A stretch of DNA of 64,000 bases from Utricularia gibba (Eukaryota > Plantae > Magnoliophyta), in the NCBI GenBank assembly GCA_002189035.1, contig NEEC01000014.1, positions 1,674,001-1,738,000 on the forward strand, in the 5' to 3' direction. Positions 12,620 to 30,438 of the stretch are shown here, piece by piece. The position numbers and the translations under genes are program-made. Each line of letters starts with the position of its first letter. Within the stretch, counting starts at the first letter, position 1. Below the pieces are notes generated by a model that was given only the letters and a program-made list of their open reading frames with translations, searched no databases and was not told the DNA's origin.

Positions 12620-13024
12620 GTCTAGGACAAGACGAATGTTGAAGCCCTTTGCAAAAGCTCAAGACAGATGAGTTTGTGATACAGCTAGGAATGCTTATAT
12701 ATATAGCAACTGATACTTAAAGCTCCAAGTAAGAAAGCTTTGAAGTATCTCTTCCCATGAAGTGTATGCATACACTTGAAACTAAACTTGAGGGGCACCA
12801 ACAAAAGCATCAAGTTGAACCAAAAGGGATCGCATCGAAACGACGTTTACCTAGCGTTTTGCTTCACATCAACGTTCATCTTTTAGCATGTCATGTGCCG
12901 ATTTTTTTTCTTTGTGATGGATGACATGAACCCCTTTGTGAGGTGCATGATGAAGATAAGAGGGCATGATGAAGGGGACAAAAAGTACTGCCTCCCCCTC
13001 CCAGACACCACACCATCATCCAAG

Positions 13025-13260
13025 TTGTTCTAATACTAAGATTGATTAGTATTAGAACAAGTAATTTCATATTGATATTTAAAAATAAAATAATCAAGTA
13101 TATAAGAAATTATAGATTACTATCAATAAATTAGATCTTATTTGATTTATTTTTTAGTATTAGAATAAGTAATTTCATATTGATATTTAAAAATAAAATA
13201 ATCAAATATATAAAAAATTATAAATTAATATTAATAAATTAGATCTTATTTGATTTATGT
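13025..13260. repeat. AT-rich tandem duplication (2 x ~108 bp) preceded by a 14-bp perfect hairpin
   Basis: Units start at ttagtattagaa (13046 and 13154) and are colinear. ttgttctaatacta (13025-13038) is the reverse complement of tagtattagaacaa (13047-13060). A diverged third copy begins near 14145. Confidence 0.8.
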
Positions 13261-15304
13261 TTTTTTATATACTCAAATTTTATATATGCTCGTTTTACCT
13301 ATCGGATTCAGCATAATATCATAGCACTTACCTTACACTATGGATTGGTAGCCAAGATGGGCTTTATAATAATTTGAGTTTTAGTTTAAAAAAACAAAAA
13401 AATACAATAAGTTTAAACAAAAAAAATTAGATCGACTTATAATTTAAGTATTAATTATAATCACACATAAAAATACAAGTTTTAACTAGATCGAAAACCA
13501 ATTTCATTTGAGACCGATTATTAAAACAAACAATCTCACATCCGGTAACAGTTAGTTCTTGAATTAGCCCCGGATTAGCAAAGATGCTCCTGTGTTCCCT
13601 TCAGGTCAGGTTGAGCTGCATCTGCGTAACAGATGTATTTCAAGCGGTGGTGGTGGTGGTTGTAAACAGTGGTACAGGTTCCATGTATCCTCGGGGATCC
13701 AGAGGGTTAGGTGTCAATGATTTCATGGGGTGCCCAAGATGAAACACAAATTGATCGGGCGTCTGATTGATGGAGACACGACAATGAGAGAAGTGTCCTT
13801 GACTCCATCATTAACGTCGATTCATAATTCAAATCTTTCTTCTAAAGAAACAAACACCATTAACTACTCGCCTCAAAGGCTACAACACTTTAGTTTTGTC
13901 TTCAACAAAGTTCAAATTCATTCCCCTTATCCCCACCCACTTCTCCTCCTTCACGTCTCCTTCATTTGTTGTTTATCAGCCCTAAGGTATGCATGCACAT
14001 CCATGGGGATGATTGCAAACAACGTTTCCTTCTCCCTAACAAGAAGAGAAGAAGCAACAAGTAGGCCAGGAGATGGATGGGGAACCCAAACCTTACGGAA
14101 CCATCGGTAATGGTAAACAGTATCACTATCCATGGAGTCAAATTGTATTAGAACAAGTAATCTCCCATTGATAAATGAAATTGAAATAATATATTATTTA
14201 AAAAATTATAAATTAATAATAATCAAATTGAATATAATTTTTTAAATATGATTTATATTTATTATGTAATTAAATTTCAACTATATTAATTACATACATT
14301 AAATTATTAATTTCAACAAATCGGACCCACGTCTCCTTCAAAAAAAAAAAAAGGTCAAAGTTTATGTAATAAAGAAGTACATCTCAAAAAATGCTTCAAG
14401 TTGCATCATTATATACGACTGTAATAAATGAATATAATATTTTAAAAATAGGTTTAATCATTCTTGATTTTTTTATCAATAATTTTTGTAAATAAAAACT
14501 AAATATATCTAATTATACTTATAAGATTTTTTTAATCGTTCTTTAATTTATTCATGGTTTTTGATAAACTAGTTTTATAATAAATTATTTAACTTATTAT
14601 AGAAATAATTATTTAAATTTAATATATTTTTTATTTTTTTTATAAATAATAAAATTAATTATAAACTCGAGTTCAATCTATATTTTAAAACATTTATTTA
14701 TACAAATATACATTTTTTTTTTGTAAAAGAAGTGTTTGATGGGATTTAAATTAGTTTTTAAAATTTAAAATTAAATGTCAACTATATATGAATTTAAATT
14801 ATAATAAAATATTTTATTAAAGGACACAACAAGCACACAAATGTCAATTAATATTCAATATATTCCTTAAAACTCCTCAAATCCTTGGGCTTTGAAACTC
14901 AAAGTGAAATTGGGACTTTTAGGATTGGATAAAAATGAGGAAGTTTGAATTGAGGCCGGTGGGATTGGGAACTGGGTGTGTTGAATAGGCACGATATATG
15001 CAAGCGAAGGAGACGTGATCCCTCCCCTCTGCAGAGAAAGGTTAGAAGAGCGGTAGATAGAGAGACCTGCACTGTTTCGAGGTTCTCAGTGGTGCATTTT
15101 TCAACTGAAAATGCAATAGGGCCCGAGTTGCCTTAGTTTTGCATTGGGATTTTCGCCTTATTTCTCTTTCGTTCCGGAGACTCCAAGGTTGTGTTATCCA
15201 TTACTTCTTGTGTCAAAAGATTCAATTATTCGGGCGTAGGGAAGCTTAAAGATCCCAGCTTGGGGTTTTTTTTTTGTTCTGGGTGAATTGGGATAAGAAC
15301 CTAA

Positions 15305-17967
15305 ATGGCGTGTGCATCTGGGCTGTTCAATCCGACTGCGTCGAGTGCGGATGGGAGATTTTCCCCATTTGCAGGTGTACATGGATCTGGCTCCTGGTTT
15401 TCTCCTGGTGCTTCCAAGAGAATAGTGTGCGCTAGCACTGCTCATGGCGCGGAGAAGCTTTATGCTTCTGAATCTAAATCTCCAAGGTAATGCATTCCAT
15501 CGAGAGTTTACTACATTTTCCTCTTGTTCTGCTTCTTCATTTTGTAAATGTAGCCTACATAGTCGGTAGATGATAAGGCTAGGCAGCAGCATTTGAGTTT
15601 TTAGAAGATAATTCAATGTATATTAAATGACCACCTGGGCTCATTGAGTTTCATTTCCTGAGTTTGAATTCTCTCCAAATTGTTTTGTGAGGAAAATGGA
15701 TAGTTGTTTTGGTGGTTCGATTTCTATTTTCGGTTCCCTCATTCACAATTTCTTTTACTTAGCATTCCTCTCAAACACGTGAAGGTTCAGCACAGGAGGA
15801 TGCAAGTTAATTGGATGTGGTTCTGCGGTTCCTAGCCTTCAGATATCCAATGATGATCTTTCCAAGATTGTTGACACCAATGATGAATGGATAGCTGTAC
15901 GTACAGGAATTCGCAATCGAAGAATACTTTCTGGTTAGTTTGGTGTTACGGTTCTTGACTATGTTGCTTTTATTTACATCAATCTTTGATATGGCTACAG
16001 CTTAATGCATTGGATAGCAAATAGAATGTTGAGTTTAAATGGGCTTTTACTTGTATGTGTAACGGGATCACAAAGTTGAGTCTTGTACAAATACTTGATG
16101 ATTTATCTGAAATTCCACAATTTCTCTAGTGTTTTAGGGAATATGAAATATTATCATCATATTTTAGGTAAATCACACGTTGGGCACAACTAAACTTCCT
16201 TAGTGCATCCCAACTTCTTAGTAGTTATTATTTTCTTGTTACCCACCAAGGGATGATTTCGAAATCCTTTTGTGTCTTCTCATCCCTTGAGGTGATCCTT
16301 GTTGGAGGTATGAATATTTAGATTTTTCTTTTAGATTCTACGTACTAGATGTTTCTTTGTTTCTAGGAAAAGATAGTCTGATGGGTCTAGCTGTTGATGC
16401 CGGAAAGAAAGCCCTTGAGATGGCTAAGGTCGATCCCAGTGATGTGGAACTTGTGCTGTTGTGTACTTCAACGCCTGAGGATTTATTTGGCAGTGCGCCA
16501 CAGGTATGCAGATGTCCACTACTCTTCTGAAGTTGGATTTACTTACTTTTTCTCTATTGCTTTTGAATCATCGGAAAGAAATCATCCATTGCAAATGATA
16601 TATTACGGCAAATATTGCTCTATCCAATGGCTATGCAGAAGTCTTTCTAGATTTCATTCATATTTCCTAATGCTTACAGATTCCAAGGGCTCTTGGATGC
16701 AAAAACAATCCATTAGCATTCGACATTACTGCTGCCTGTAGTGGTTTCATTTTGGGCCTCTTTTCAGCTTCTTGTTACATCAGAGGTAGAAAATCTCCCC
16801 TTTTTTTCCTAGCAAATGATTCATGATTAAAAATTTACACGCTATGCTGGTTTAGGTGGTGGATTGAAAAATGTTTTGGTAATTGGAGCTGATGCTCTTT
16901 CTCGATATGTTGACTGGTCCGATAGAGGAACTTGCATTCTTTTTGGTGATGGGGCTGGAGCTGTGCTGGTTCAGGTAGTACATTCATTCATTTTTCAGCA
17001 CGCATCAGTATCCTTCCTTTTTAATGCATATTGATGTAACAGGCGTGTGATGGTGAAGAAAATGGAGTATTTGCTTTTGACTTGCATAGTGACGGTGAGG
17101 GGCAAAGGTACGAGTACTTATTGTTTTTCGACAGTAGCACATAAAGTTCAAACCCTCAATTTAATGAAGACACACTCATGCACACATCCTTCTAGATAAT
17201 GGATCATCGGATAAAGATGTGGTATTTGGAATGGTTCATTCTATTCTCCTAATTTGTGTGTTGAGTTGGAAAACGTGTGTTGATCATCTTTTGAGTCACT
17301 TATGATATGTATCCTGCCATAATTATTTTGCTAAGATGATCACCATCCATGTCATATTTGGCAGACACCTGAATGCTTCGTCCAAGGTACATGAGCGGGT
17401 TCATGAGTCTGGAACTAATGGTTCCCTCCTCAGCGCTCTTCCAAAGGGATCCTCTTACTCGTATATTGGAATGAATGGCAAGGAGGTGTTTCGCTTTGCT
17501 CTTAGTGTTGTTCCACAGTCAATCGAAGTGGCTCTCGGGAAAGCTGGACTGACCAGTTCTAACATAGATTGGTTGCTTCTTCATCAGGTTTGAGAATAAC
17601 CCGCTTACCTGGTATTCACCATGAAATGAAAGAGTGAAGGAATGCATTTTTTTTTCTTTTAGTACATGTTGCTCCTGCTTGTGCGGGGATTTGTTTGAAG
17701 CTTGGCAGGGACATATGATTCTCAGTTGATCTAATGAATTTGCAGGCAAATCAAAGAATCATTGATGGGGTCGCTTCCCGTCTATTGCTCCCCTCAGAAC
17801 GGGTGATTTCCAATTTGGAAAACTACGGAAACACTAGTGCAGCTTCGATTCCACTGGCACTGGACGAAGCTGTAAGAGGCGGCAAGGTTCAAGAAGGGCA
17901 TTTGATCGCAGCCGCTGGTTTTGGGGCTGGACTCACCTGGGGCTCGGCCATTCTTCGATGGGGCTGA
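15305..17967 (+). CDS. KASIII: Plastid 3-ketoacyl-ACP synthase III (FabH), 8 exons
   Basis: Transit-peptide-like exon, then [36 protein letters not shown] (catalytic Cys), [67 protein letters not shown]-stop. Confidence 0.96.
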
Positions 17968-18579
17968 AGATTCCATTCATGGTCACCGGAGTTTCCTGCA
18001 ACCTGGTATCTATCTTCGTTGACACTTTACAGAAGATATCACCAGAGTTTCAGGAACTTATCTCTGCCAGCAATGCCAAAGAAACCTGTTTTTCCTTAAC
18101 TTCAGAGGGTGCCTTTTTGATGATGTGGCTGTTCTGGACGCTCTCATTCATCAGCTTGTATAGATGGCGTTTTGGCGTCATGGCACGAGCTATGCAGAAT
18201 GTATTCCTAAATAATCCACTTGATTTGTATTCATCGACTCCATGTACTCGTAGTTGGTTTTACATTCTCTTGTTGGGCCTCTTCCCGACATCACGTTACC
18301 GGCAATGGCTCGCCGGAAGAAGCCTTACGCACATCGTCGGTGTCAAGGGCGAGATGTAGATGTTGGAGTTTCGGTTTCTTCATCGTAATCAGCCGTGGTC
18401 GCCGCCCACCGGTAATTCAACGGTAATCTTGGTGCAAGTTTTGACAACTGTATTTAAGAAAACAGATTGACAGTTACGATTACAATTTACGCACTCTGGG
18501 CCAGCAACTTTGCTTGCTTTTAGAAGGGTGTACTGATATCGGCTTCTTGCGAACTTTACTTGGGATTGAATCTTCCCTA

Positions 18580-19820
18580 ATGGCGGAATCGCCGCTCGGA
18601 GAAGCCCCGTCGCCGGTGACAAGGCCGTCGATCACCCACGTTATCTTCGATATGGATGGGCTTATACTGGGTAACCTTCTATCTATCTTATTTCCGGCGA
18701 TGTGGTTTTTCAAGGGTTTGGATTTGAGTTGCACCCCCTTAGAAATGGATTCGTTGCTGGTGAAAGCAAATAATCGTGATTTTGTCCCTGTAAATACTGA
18801 AGGGTTTGTCGATCTGAAAACGGTATTGGTCTTGTTTCAGACACAGAGAAGTTCTATACTGAGGTTCAGGAGATTATACTGGCCAGGTACAACAAGGTTT
18901 TTGATTGGTCCCTCAAGGCTAAAATGATGGGGAAGAAGGCCATTGAAGCAGCTCGAGTGTTTGTCCAAGAGACTGGACTCGATGAATTGGGGCTATCAGC
19001 TGAAGATTTCCTCATTGAAAGAGAGGAAATGCTGCAGAGCTTGTTCCCATCGAGTGAACTCATGCCAGGTCCCATTTCATTCCATTGTTCCAAGTATTTC
19101 CACGTTCCATTATGTAGTGCAGTTCGCACCTTCCCCTTGTATCATCAGTTGACTGGTGATTACACTTGCAGGGGCGAGTCGTTTGATCCAGCACCTCCAT
19201 GCTAATGGAGTTCCCATATGCGTTGCAACAGGGTATATATGATCATTTGCCTTCTTCCCAATAAAAATTGTGTCATGGTTGCTGAATGTTGCATCATGAA
19301 ATACAACGACAGTTCGCACACAAGGCATTTCGAGTTGAAAACGCAACGACATAGGGATCTATTTGCGCTGATGCATCATGTTGTGCGGGGTGATGATCCA
19401 GAAGTGAAAAAAGGGAAGCCTTCACCGGATGTTTTCCTTGTAGCTGCCAAGAGATTTGAGGTTCGAACTTTGAAATCTTCTTCCACTTTCAGCCGAAAAT
19501 CACATCCTCAACTCTGCGTCTGCTCACTTTCAGGGTGGACCAGTTGATCCACACAAGATACTCGTCTTTGAAGATGCACCATCCGGTGTATTAGCAGCCA
19601 AGAATGCTGGCATGTGAGTGAGCATCATCCATCCATTGTTCATTTCCTTTACAAGTTTTACACAATATATCTACCTTGCAGGTCAGTGGTTATGGTCCCT
19701 GATCCAAGACTGGATACCTCCTTCCATCAGACAGCTGATGCCGTACTTGGATCATTACTGGACTTCAATCCAAGTGACTGGGGACTGCCTCCTTTTGACA
19801 AAGGCACATCTCCATCCTGA
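18580..19820 (+). CDS. GPP2: HAD-superfamily phosphatase, GPP/GS1-like ((DL)-glycerol-3-phosphatase type), 6 exons
   Basis: HAD motif [71 protein letters not shown]. Intron phases checked and consistent. Confidence 0.92.
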
Positions 19821-20061
19821 CTATGCTGCTGGCTCAATTTCCTCTGATCAATTCTTCATCGCCTTTTTACTCCCAAGGTTTGGGGGCATTGATTCTTGAA
19901 TTATACATTGTCAGCATTCATGTCTTGAAAAAATAGTGTCCAATATACATATCTATATGTACGGGTACAGAGCAAGTACCTTGACCTTAGAACACTACAT
20001 AAGCTTATTGATCAGAGGTTACTCACAATATTGCATTATTAGGCTTCCTTGGGCTTGCAGA

Positions 20062-23901
<3,840 letters not shown>

Positions 23902-24728
23902 GAACTCCAAACTGCGTATCACCTACCCAAAATATCAACCAAAATGAAGAGAATTAATTGCAGAGTCTCTCACTGTACCCCCAAGAACACCCCTCGAGTC
24001 GATGAATTTCACAATTCAAACAAGCAATTGGGGATGCAGGAGAGACCCGCCACTAGGGTAGTAGATGAACGAATACAAGGGAAGAAGGCGCTGCGAAACT
24101 TTCCCAAGCACCACAGACTAAGTCGGCCGTTGAAAGCCAACCGACAACGCCCACCAAACCAGACCCGTGGCGGTTGCTTGACCACCAAGAGTAGGACATG
24201 TGAATTCTCTAAACTACCCTTCCTTGCGTTTTTATACACAAATAAAATGCATTCGCATTCCGCGTGGGACGCGAGTGATCATTCCATTTTCCCTGATTCA
24301 TATGCGTGCCACGTGTCCACTCTTCAGTGGTTGCTACTTAGAAATAACGGTCCCAAACCCAGCAACAACATTGGATTGGACTTCTTCCTGTCCAAAAGGA
24401 GGCGGGCCCAAACCCAATTCCCACCATCACTTTTTTTTATTCAATAACCATTTTTTAAATTATATTTTTTGTGTTTTTTTTTTTTGCCCGGAATCTTCAT
24501 TTTCAATTTCTTTTCAGTTCAGTTTTACATTAACCGAAATATTTATTTTATTAAAAACATTATATATTCATAAACGTGAAAAGCGCGCTTTTTTTTTTTT
24601 TTTTTCTGTTGCATCTCGTTTTACAAAACCAGACTCCATTAATGGATTCAAGAAGCATATTAACAGGCAGTTTCACCAGCAGCAACATGTATTTCTGGGA
24701 GAGATCAACCTCGCAGCTCTTTCCCTGT

Positions 24729-27321
24729 TCACCTTATGAGAGGGATGAGCAAGTACTCCGCATAGAACAACTGCGAAAGCACGAGCCAGAGCACAAGATT
24801 CAGGCGCAGATTACCCAAGAAATCTGAGGTAAAAGCTCTGCAAACTTCACTTACCTTCCATATGAACATGTAGAAGGAAGTAATGGCAGCCTTGCTCTTC
24901 AAGTCGATGGATCCCGCGCGGTTCCATAGAAGTAGTCCCAGCAACGAATGGCCGATAACCTGTTGCAGACATGAGGGTGAGGCTGTATGGTCATAATGAT
25001 CCACAGGGAAGTTTAGGAGATGTGTAGTATTACAATTGTGCACTTGCTCCAGAGGGAGGAAGATGTCGCTCCCACGAGCAGAGCAACTGCATACGCTATT
25101 TCGAGAAGATAGATGCACGTCCAAAAGACCTGCAAAAACAGCCTCCCAGAATTTGATCAGGAAATATGGAGAGGTGTTGTGGTTAAGAATTCTGGGGGAT
25201 GATCAAAATCTAACCTTCTCCTGGCCAAGCCGGACTGTAAATGACTGAATACCGTAAACTCGGTCCCCGGCGATATCGGGTATGTCCTAAACAGATGATA
25301 TTTCATGTTGAAAAGTAATAATGCACCTTCCTTGAAATCATGGTGCCACTTTTTGTGGAAGTTTGTTTCTTTGTAGTAAAAGAATCTGCTATAAGGCCAT
25401 GAATGTGATACCTTGAAGAGTGCAATGACAACTGAAAAAAAGCTGATGAAGGCTGTTGCAAAAATCAATGGTTTTGAAAAGATCGCTGGCCTTCCAAAGA
25501 CATGAATCTGAAAAGACAATTTTGGTGCAATATTCATCCAGTTTCTAGCAATCTTGTTTTGAAGTTGATAAATTGAAAGTGCAGAAGGAAATGGAAACTT
25601 TGAGGATAAACCTTGACATGCAAATAAAACGCTATTTGGACGATCACTGCTCGCACAGCCAAGATGCATGTTGCTGCAATGAAAGCAAACCTCTTCCATC
25701 TCAGAAATGGAAGCTGGAAAGACAAAAAAACATGTTAGAGTTGTATGTCCAATGGCACAGTCGCAGGCAACTTTTGGAAATATAGCAATACATCAAACCT
25801 AAAGGAAGCAGCACAAAGTCAGGCAGCTGATCAAGAAAACAAATATACTTACATCAATGGAATATGCAGTTCCAAGTACAAAACTGACAGAGAGAGCCCA
25901 AAGTAGTGGTTTGGAACCAACACACCAGCCAAGCCAATAACTCTGCAGGTTAATATTGAGCTTCAGGTATGGATATAAAATTAGAGCTGTCCAACCACAT
26001 GAGCTTGATGGTTTGGAACAGAAGCACACCCTGATAAGTAGAAAGGTAGAAAAACGAAGTGAGGGAGAAAGCCATGGAACCAACCATTGCAGCAAAGGAT
26101 AAGACAATCATCAGTCCAGTTGCAACTGAGTATTCCCCAGAAGCCAGCGGAAGATATGGTTTGTTAACCTGAAAGAAGTGGCATCCCATGTCACCCTTAC
26201 GTTTCTTTTGATATATAAGGCACCTCAACAAAGATAGTCTCCATAATCTGCCAAAATCAATACAGTTCCAAGTGTATATTTTGAAGAATGTACCATGCCG
26301 TACTCCCACACCATTTCAGTGTTCCTAACCATATTCAGACAATAACATTCTTAAACTAACCTTGTCAATGTCAACATCATATATTTGATTTAGTCCAACA
26401 ATGTATATGTTCATGAGGAGGGCGGCAACAATAGCCTGCAGTCAGTTAAACTAAACCAGTTGCATAAGAGAGTGTAAATCATATTAAACAGGATTCTAAT
26501 AAATCAAATCCTGCGGTACCTCAGAAACCCCCATAAAAAATGCTGGAGAGAAATCTGACAACTTCTCTACCGCAAGCAGGGAAACTGAAATTATGCTTAA
26601 CACCTGCACACCAGAATAGATAGATCAAGACCAAAAATATTTAGAAATCTACGAAAATTAACACAGTTTAAACAGGATTGCAAACGCAACTGTTCCTATA
26701 ACGGTGTGAGGACGTGAAAATCTGTAAAAAGCATCAAAAACTTGTGGCAATGATCCCGAGGGTATCTTAGAAGGTTCAGATTCAAGAGAGTCTTGCGACG
26801 CTGAATTAACTATATGGCATGAACCCCGCTTTGGAATTGTAGCCAAATGTTTTGTCCCATAACTTTGAGTGTGGATCCGCTTCTCTGACCGAGATCTCAG
26901 TGACTTTGCAGATATGAAAACATTACATCTCAAGGAATAAGCTGCCAAATGCGAACCTCCGATTAATTCAAGAAAACAAAAATATCAAGACAAGAACTTG
27001 ACAAATTTTCAGAACAGACTACAACGAGAAGTTGGATGAATGAATGCACACACAATTCACCAATATGATAAATTTAACATTCCCAACCCGAATAGTTCAC
27101 CTACAAATTCCCCCCTGAGAAAAAAAAAAAAAAACTTACCCAAAGACAACAGAAAAAAAAAAAAAAAAGTTTTGCAATCAAGAATCAGGAGCAAAATGAC
27201 TCCTTGTGTCGAAAGGATCAGCAATTCTCATACCAGGGAAGCGTGAAACGAACTCAGCAGCAGTCGTGGCTGAAAGTAGAGGTGAAGTTCCAGGAGAGCA
27301 CCTGGAAAGCATACCCACCAT
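24729..27321 (-). CDS. VTE2: Homogentisate phytyltransferase (tocopherol biosynthesis, UbiA family)
   Basis: [98 protein letters not shown]-stop. Predicted first exon [16 protein letters not shown] starts at 27321 (less certain than the rest). Confidence 0.93.
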
Positions 27322-27821
27322 CTTCTCCTCAACAGCGGTTTGGATCAACGAGGACAGCGCAACTATTCTGGGAAAAAGTTGGTGAGTTGTTCAGCCATCG
27401 TTCCACTTCATGACTCTTGACTAGTTGAACCGCCCGGATCAGGCTACCCCAGCGGCCAAGGTTGGATTTTCGTGGCTTTTCTGGACGCCAATTATGTTAT
27501 TGTAAGTAACTTTTCATTGAAACGAAAATTATAGATGAATTAATAAACTAGACTTAGTAATGAGAACTACAAAATAAACAAATGTATTTGGTTTCTTCAA
27601 TGATACCGAATGGCCCAAATTGCTGCTCGATGGAGTCCGAGGATCGGAAAACGGGCGGCGCGGGCTGGCCCTTTCCCGGCCGGCGAAATGCCGAGAGTGC
27701 CCCTGAGGTTCTCTGACATTTACGCTCCTGCTCTGCTACTTTCGCCACTTTCCCAACTTCCATTTGCACGGCATAAATCTTCCAACAAGTTTCTTGAATC
27801 CTTTCGCCGAAGACCCGTAAA

Positions 27822-28413
27822 ATGCCGGTGAATACTGGATCAGCCACTCCGCCGCCGAGGATCGGAAAGATCGGTCCGTACACCGTGTTTCTGACGCCGC
27901 CGTCGACTCCCAGCCCTGAAACTTCCAATAAGCCCACTAGCCCAGTTCAGTTCTCTGCCGAGACGAAGCCCGTTCAGCTTCCTTCTCCGCCGCCGGTTAT
28001 GGCTCCGCCGACCCAATTCTCCAAAGAGAGCCCTTCGTCATTCGCTTTCTTCTGGGACACTGTTACCAAGATCCAAAACGGTGCGTTTTGACAGTACAGC
28101 CTCATTTTCACATTCCAGAAATTTCTTTCTTTTAATCGCGTTTGTGGGTTCCCTTATGCTTTAGCTCACGCAAGCTTGGATGAGCACGTAGCGCATTGGT
28201 TTGGATTGAACCAGTCGAAGTATCAGTGGGCACTGGATGATTACTACGAGAGTAATGGGAAAGTAAGCAGTCTCTTTTCTTCGTTCCCACTTCGAATTCC
28301 GACTTGAATGAATGATGGTGTGATGTCAAGATTTCATTTTTCTTGCACAAACGCAGAGCAATCAGAAAGATACGAAACCCCAGGAGAGCTCCAACAAACT
28401 ACAGAACGTGTAA
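27822..28413 (+). CDS. Conserved-looking plant protein of unknown function, Pro/Ser-rich, about 137 aa, 3 exons
   Basis: MPVNTGSATPPPRIGKIGPYTVFLTPP...FWDTVTKIQN / AHASLDEHVAHWFGLNQSKYQWALDDYYESNGK / SNQKDTKPQESSNKLQNV-stop. Clean GT-AG junctions in phase. I recall the WFGLNQSKYQWALDDYY block from other plants but cannot name the family. Confidence 0.82.
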
Positions 28414-30438
28414 TGTTTCCCGGATACGCTGCAATTTACTCAAGACTTTGGAAAAAGATGGTTGTTCCTGTGTTGTAAGTTGTAACCTAAGTCTATGTCA
28501 TCTCCCCCAATTGGCTGGCGTTTTTGTAATATGCAACTGGAAGCAAACTCAGTAGAGTTTGCAGTGTGCAATATCTGCATACTTGTGTTCCTCAGATGGA
28601 AAGCAGTTGTCCTTCAATCTTGGGGAGTACAAGCGAAGAAACTTCTCTGCTATTGATCTGTGTTGTAGCACCATAACCGTCACACACGCCATGACAGAAA
28701 TAGCCTGAGATCAAGACAAGCAACGGCGGTTGCCCAATTCTTTCAGGTGCACTATAAAACAGAGGTTATTACAAGCCATTAGAGTCGGTATTCGTTGTCC
28801 AAACATGTGCAGTTTCCGACCGTAGAAAACCTAAAAAAAAAAAGAAAACCTGTTAATTTAAAAGGAGCCTCTGAACATGCGAAAACAAGGTCAATTTCCA
28901 GGCCGTTGCATTACTATGCCTGATAGAACTGAGGTTAAGTTCCTTTCGGAAGAAGGGCAGCGTCAAACGCAAGACAAGAAAATATCTGTTTAAGTTTCCA
29001 ATCGTGACTTCCACCCCTCACCCCATTCTCCAGCCAGTAAATCTCAATTCATACGTCTATTTCATTTCTGGTAGAGGAGCCAATGATGTTTTGGAGAAAC
29101 CTGCTCACTCTCAACACCCCGCTTCCTTGGATCTTGATAATGTAGGATAAAAAGGAGTGCTCCCATGATCAGAAATCAGAGGCTACCCTGAAAATCCCAC
29201 GTCGTCATTTGAGGAGTTGGTTGGCGCAATTCATCAAAACTTGCTACTGCCTAGAAAACCAAGGGTGAGTACCAGGCATCTTTTAAGTACAGGAGGAGCC
29301 TGTGGAGAATAGAGATTATGAGCTTTGCCGGGGTAAAGGGATCGAAGATGAGAACATCCACTTTATGCACCAGGCAATTGCCCATCTTCAGATGATGCTT
29401 TTTTTTGATTGCCAGAACAACGGGAGGCCTGATTCCGGCGGCCGAAATGGAGTTGGAAACCATATGAATGTCACCTTCCCATGTTGAATTCATGTGATTC
29501 TTTAGTTACTGCTCCAGTTTGTTCGAGGCTGCTAAAAGTTACTCATTTCAATCATCAATTATTATGCTGGTTGGGACCAAGATCTATTTTTTTGCAGCCA
29601 TTAATTGACTGAGGATACATTCACCGTACGGGAGTTTTACCGCATTAGTAAGCGATCTTTTGATGAAGAACGAATCAAGGACAACATAACCTCCGACAAA
29701 CTTGTCTTCATCAGGGCTACACATCTGCTCATTTCAGGCATCATGTCGTGTTTCAGGTTATGTAGCTACATTAAATATGATGGGCACCTTGATAACTAAT
29801 AAATAAGAATTAAAGTTGTCTTCTTGATGCATAGTCAGAGGCGGGGACTGGGATTCCGGTAGAACGTGCCACGATGCAGAGCTACCCAGAGAAGCCATTG
29901 CCTGCTCAGTCCTCGCACAAAGGCACATGACAAAAGATTTGAATAAAAATATGTTAACTAAATCCTCAAACTCGTAAAGTTGAGATATTTCTTTCATTCA
30001 TTTGGATTGCTTTTGTTATAAATGAGCGATGGCCGACAAAACCTGTTTGGAAATAATTGTGGGTAGGGATATAAATTTTTATCTGGTACTGCTACTGGTC
30101 CCGGAGCATGAGCAATTACCAGCCGACTAATTATTTTTCATGACTTGATGCCTTCAAGAAAAGCTGCTGAAGCTCTATAAGAAGGAACTCGGCCGGGTCC
30201 CATTCTCTCAATCTATCTCATTCTCATCTCTTATAGAAAATCCTCTCGCTGTCAATCTGCAACGAATTTCCATCCCATCTCTCTCTTGTTGCTTCTCATG
30301 GAAATTCTGTCCCTGTCCTAAAAGGGAGTTTGGGTTTTTTCCTTATTTCTCACTGGTATTTTAGGTGCAGACACTATCCCCCAGAATGCCGAGATTCTTT
30401 GCTTTTCAAGCCATAGCTAATTTTTGCTGAAGAGAAAA

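Noticed and set aside
12820-12840. miR393-like sequence CCAAAAGGGATCGCATCGAAA
   Set aside because: Only a 13-nt core (16/21 overall) matches miR393. The possible star arm near 12925-12940 pairs poorly, and a 13-mer hit to some conserved miRNA is roughly chance level in a window this size.
17968-18579. Protein-like short ORFs between KAS III and GPP
   Set aside because: No recognisable motif or splice structure; the region is explainable as the KAS III 3'UTR plus the GPP promoter/5'UTR.
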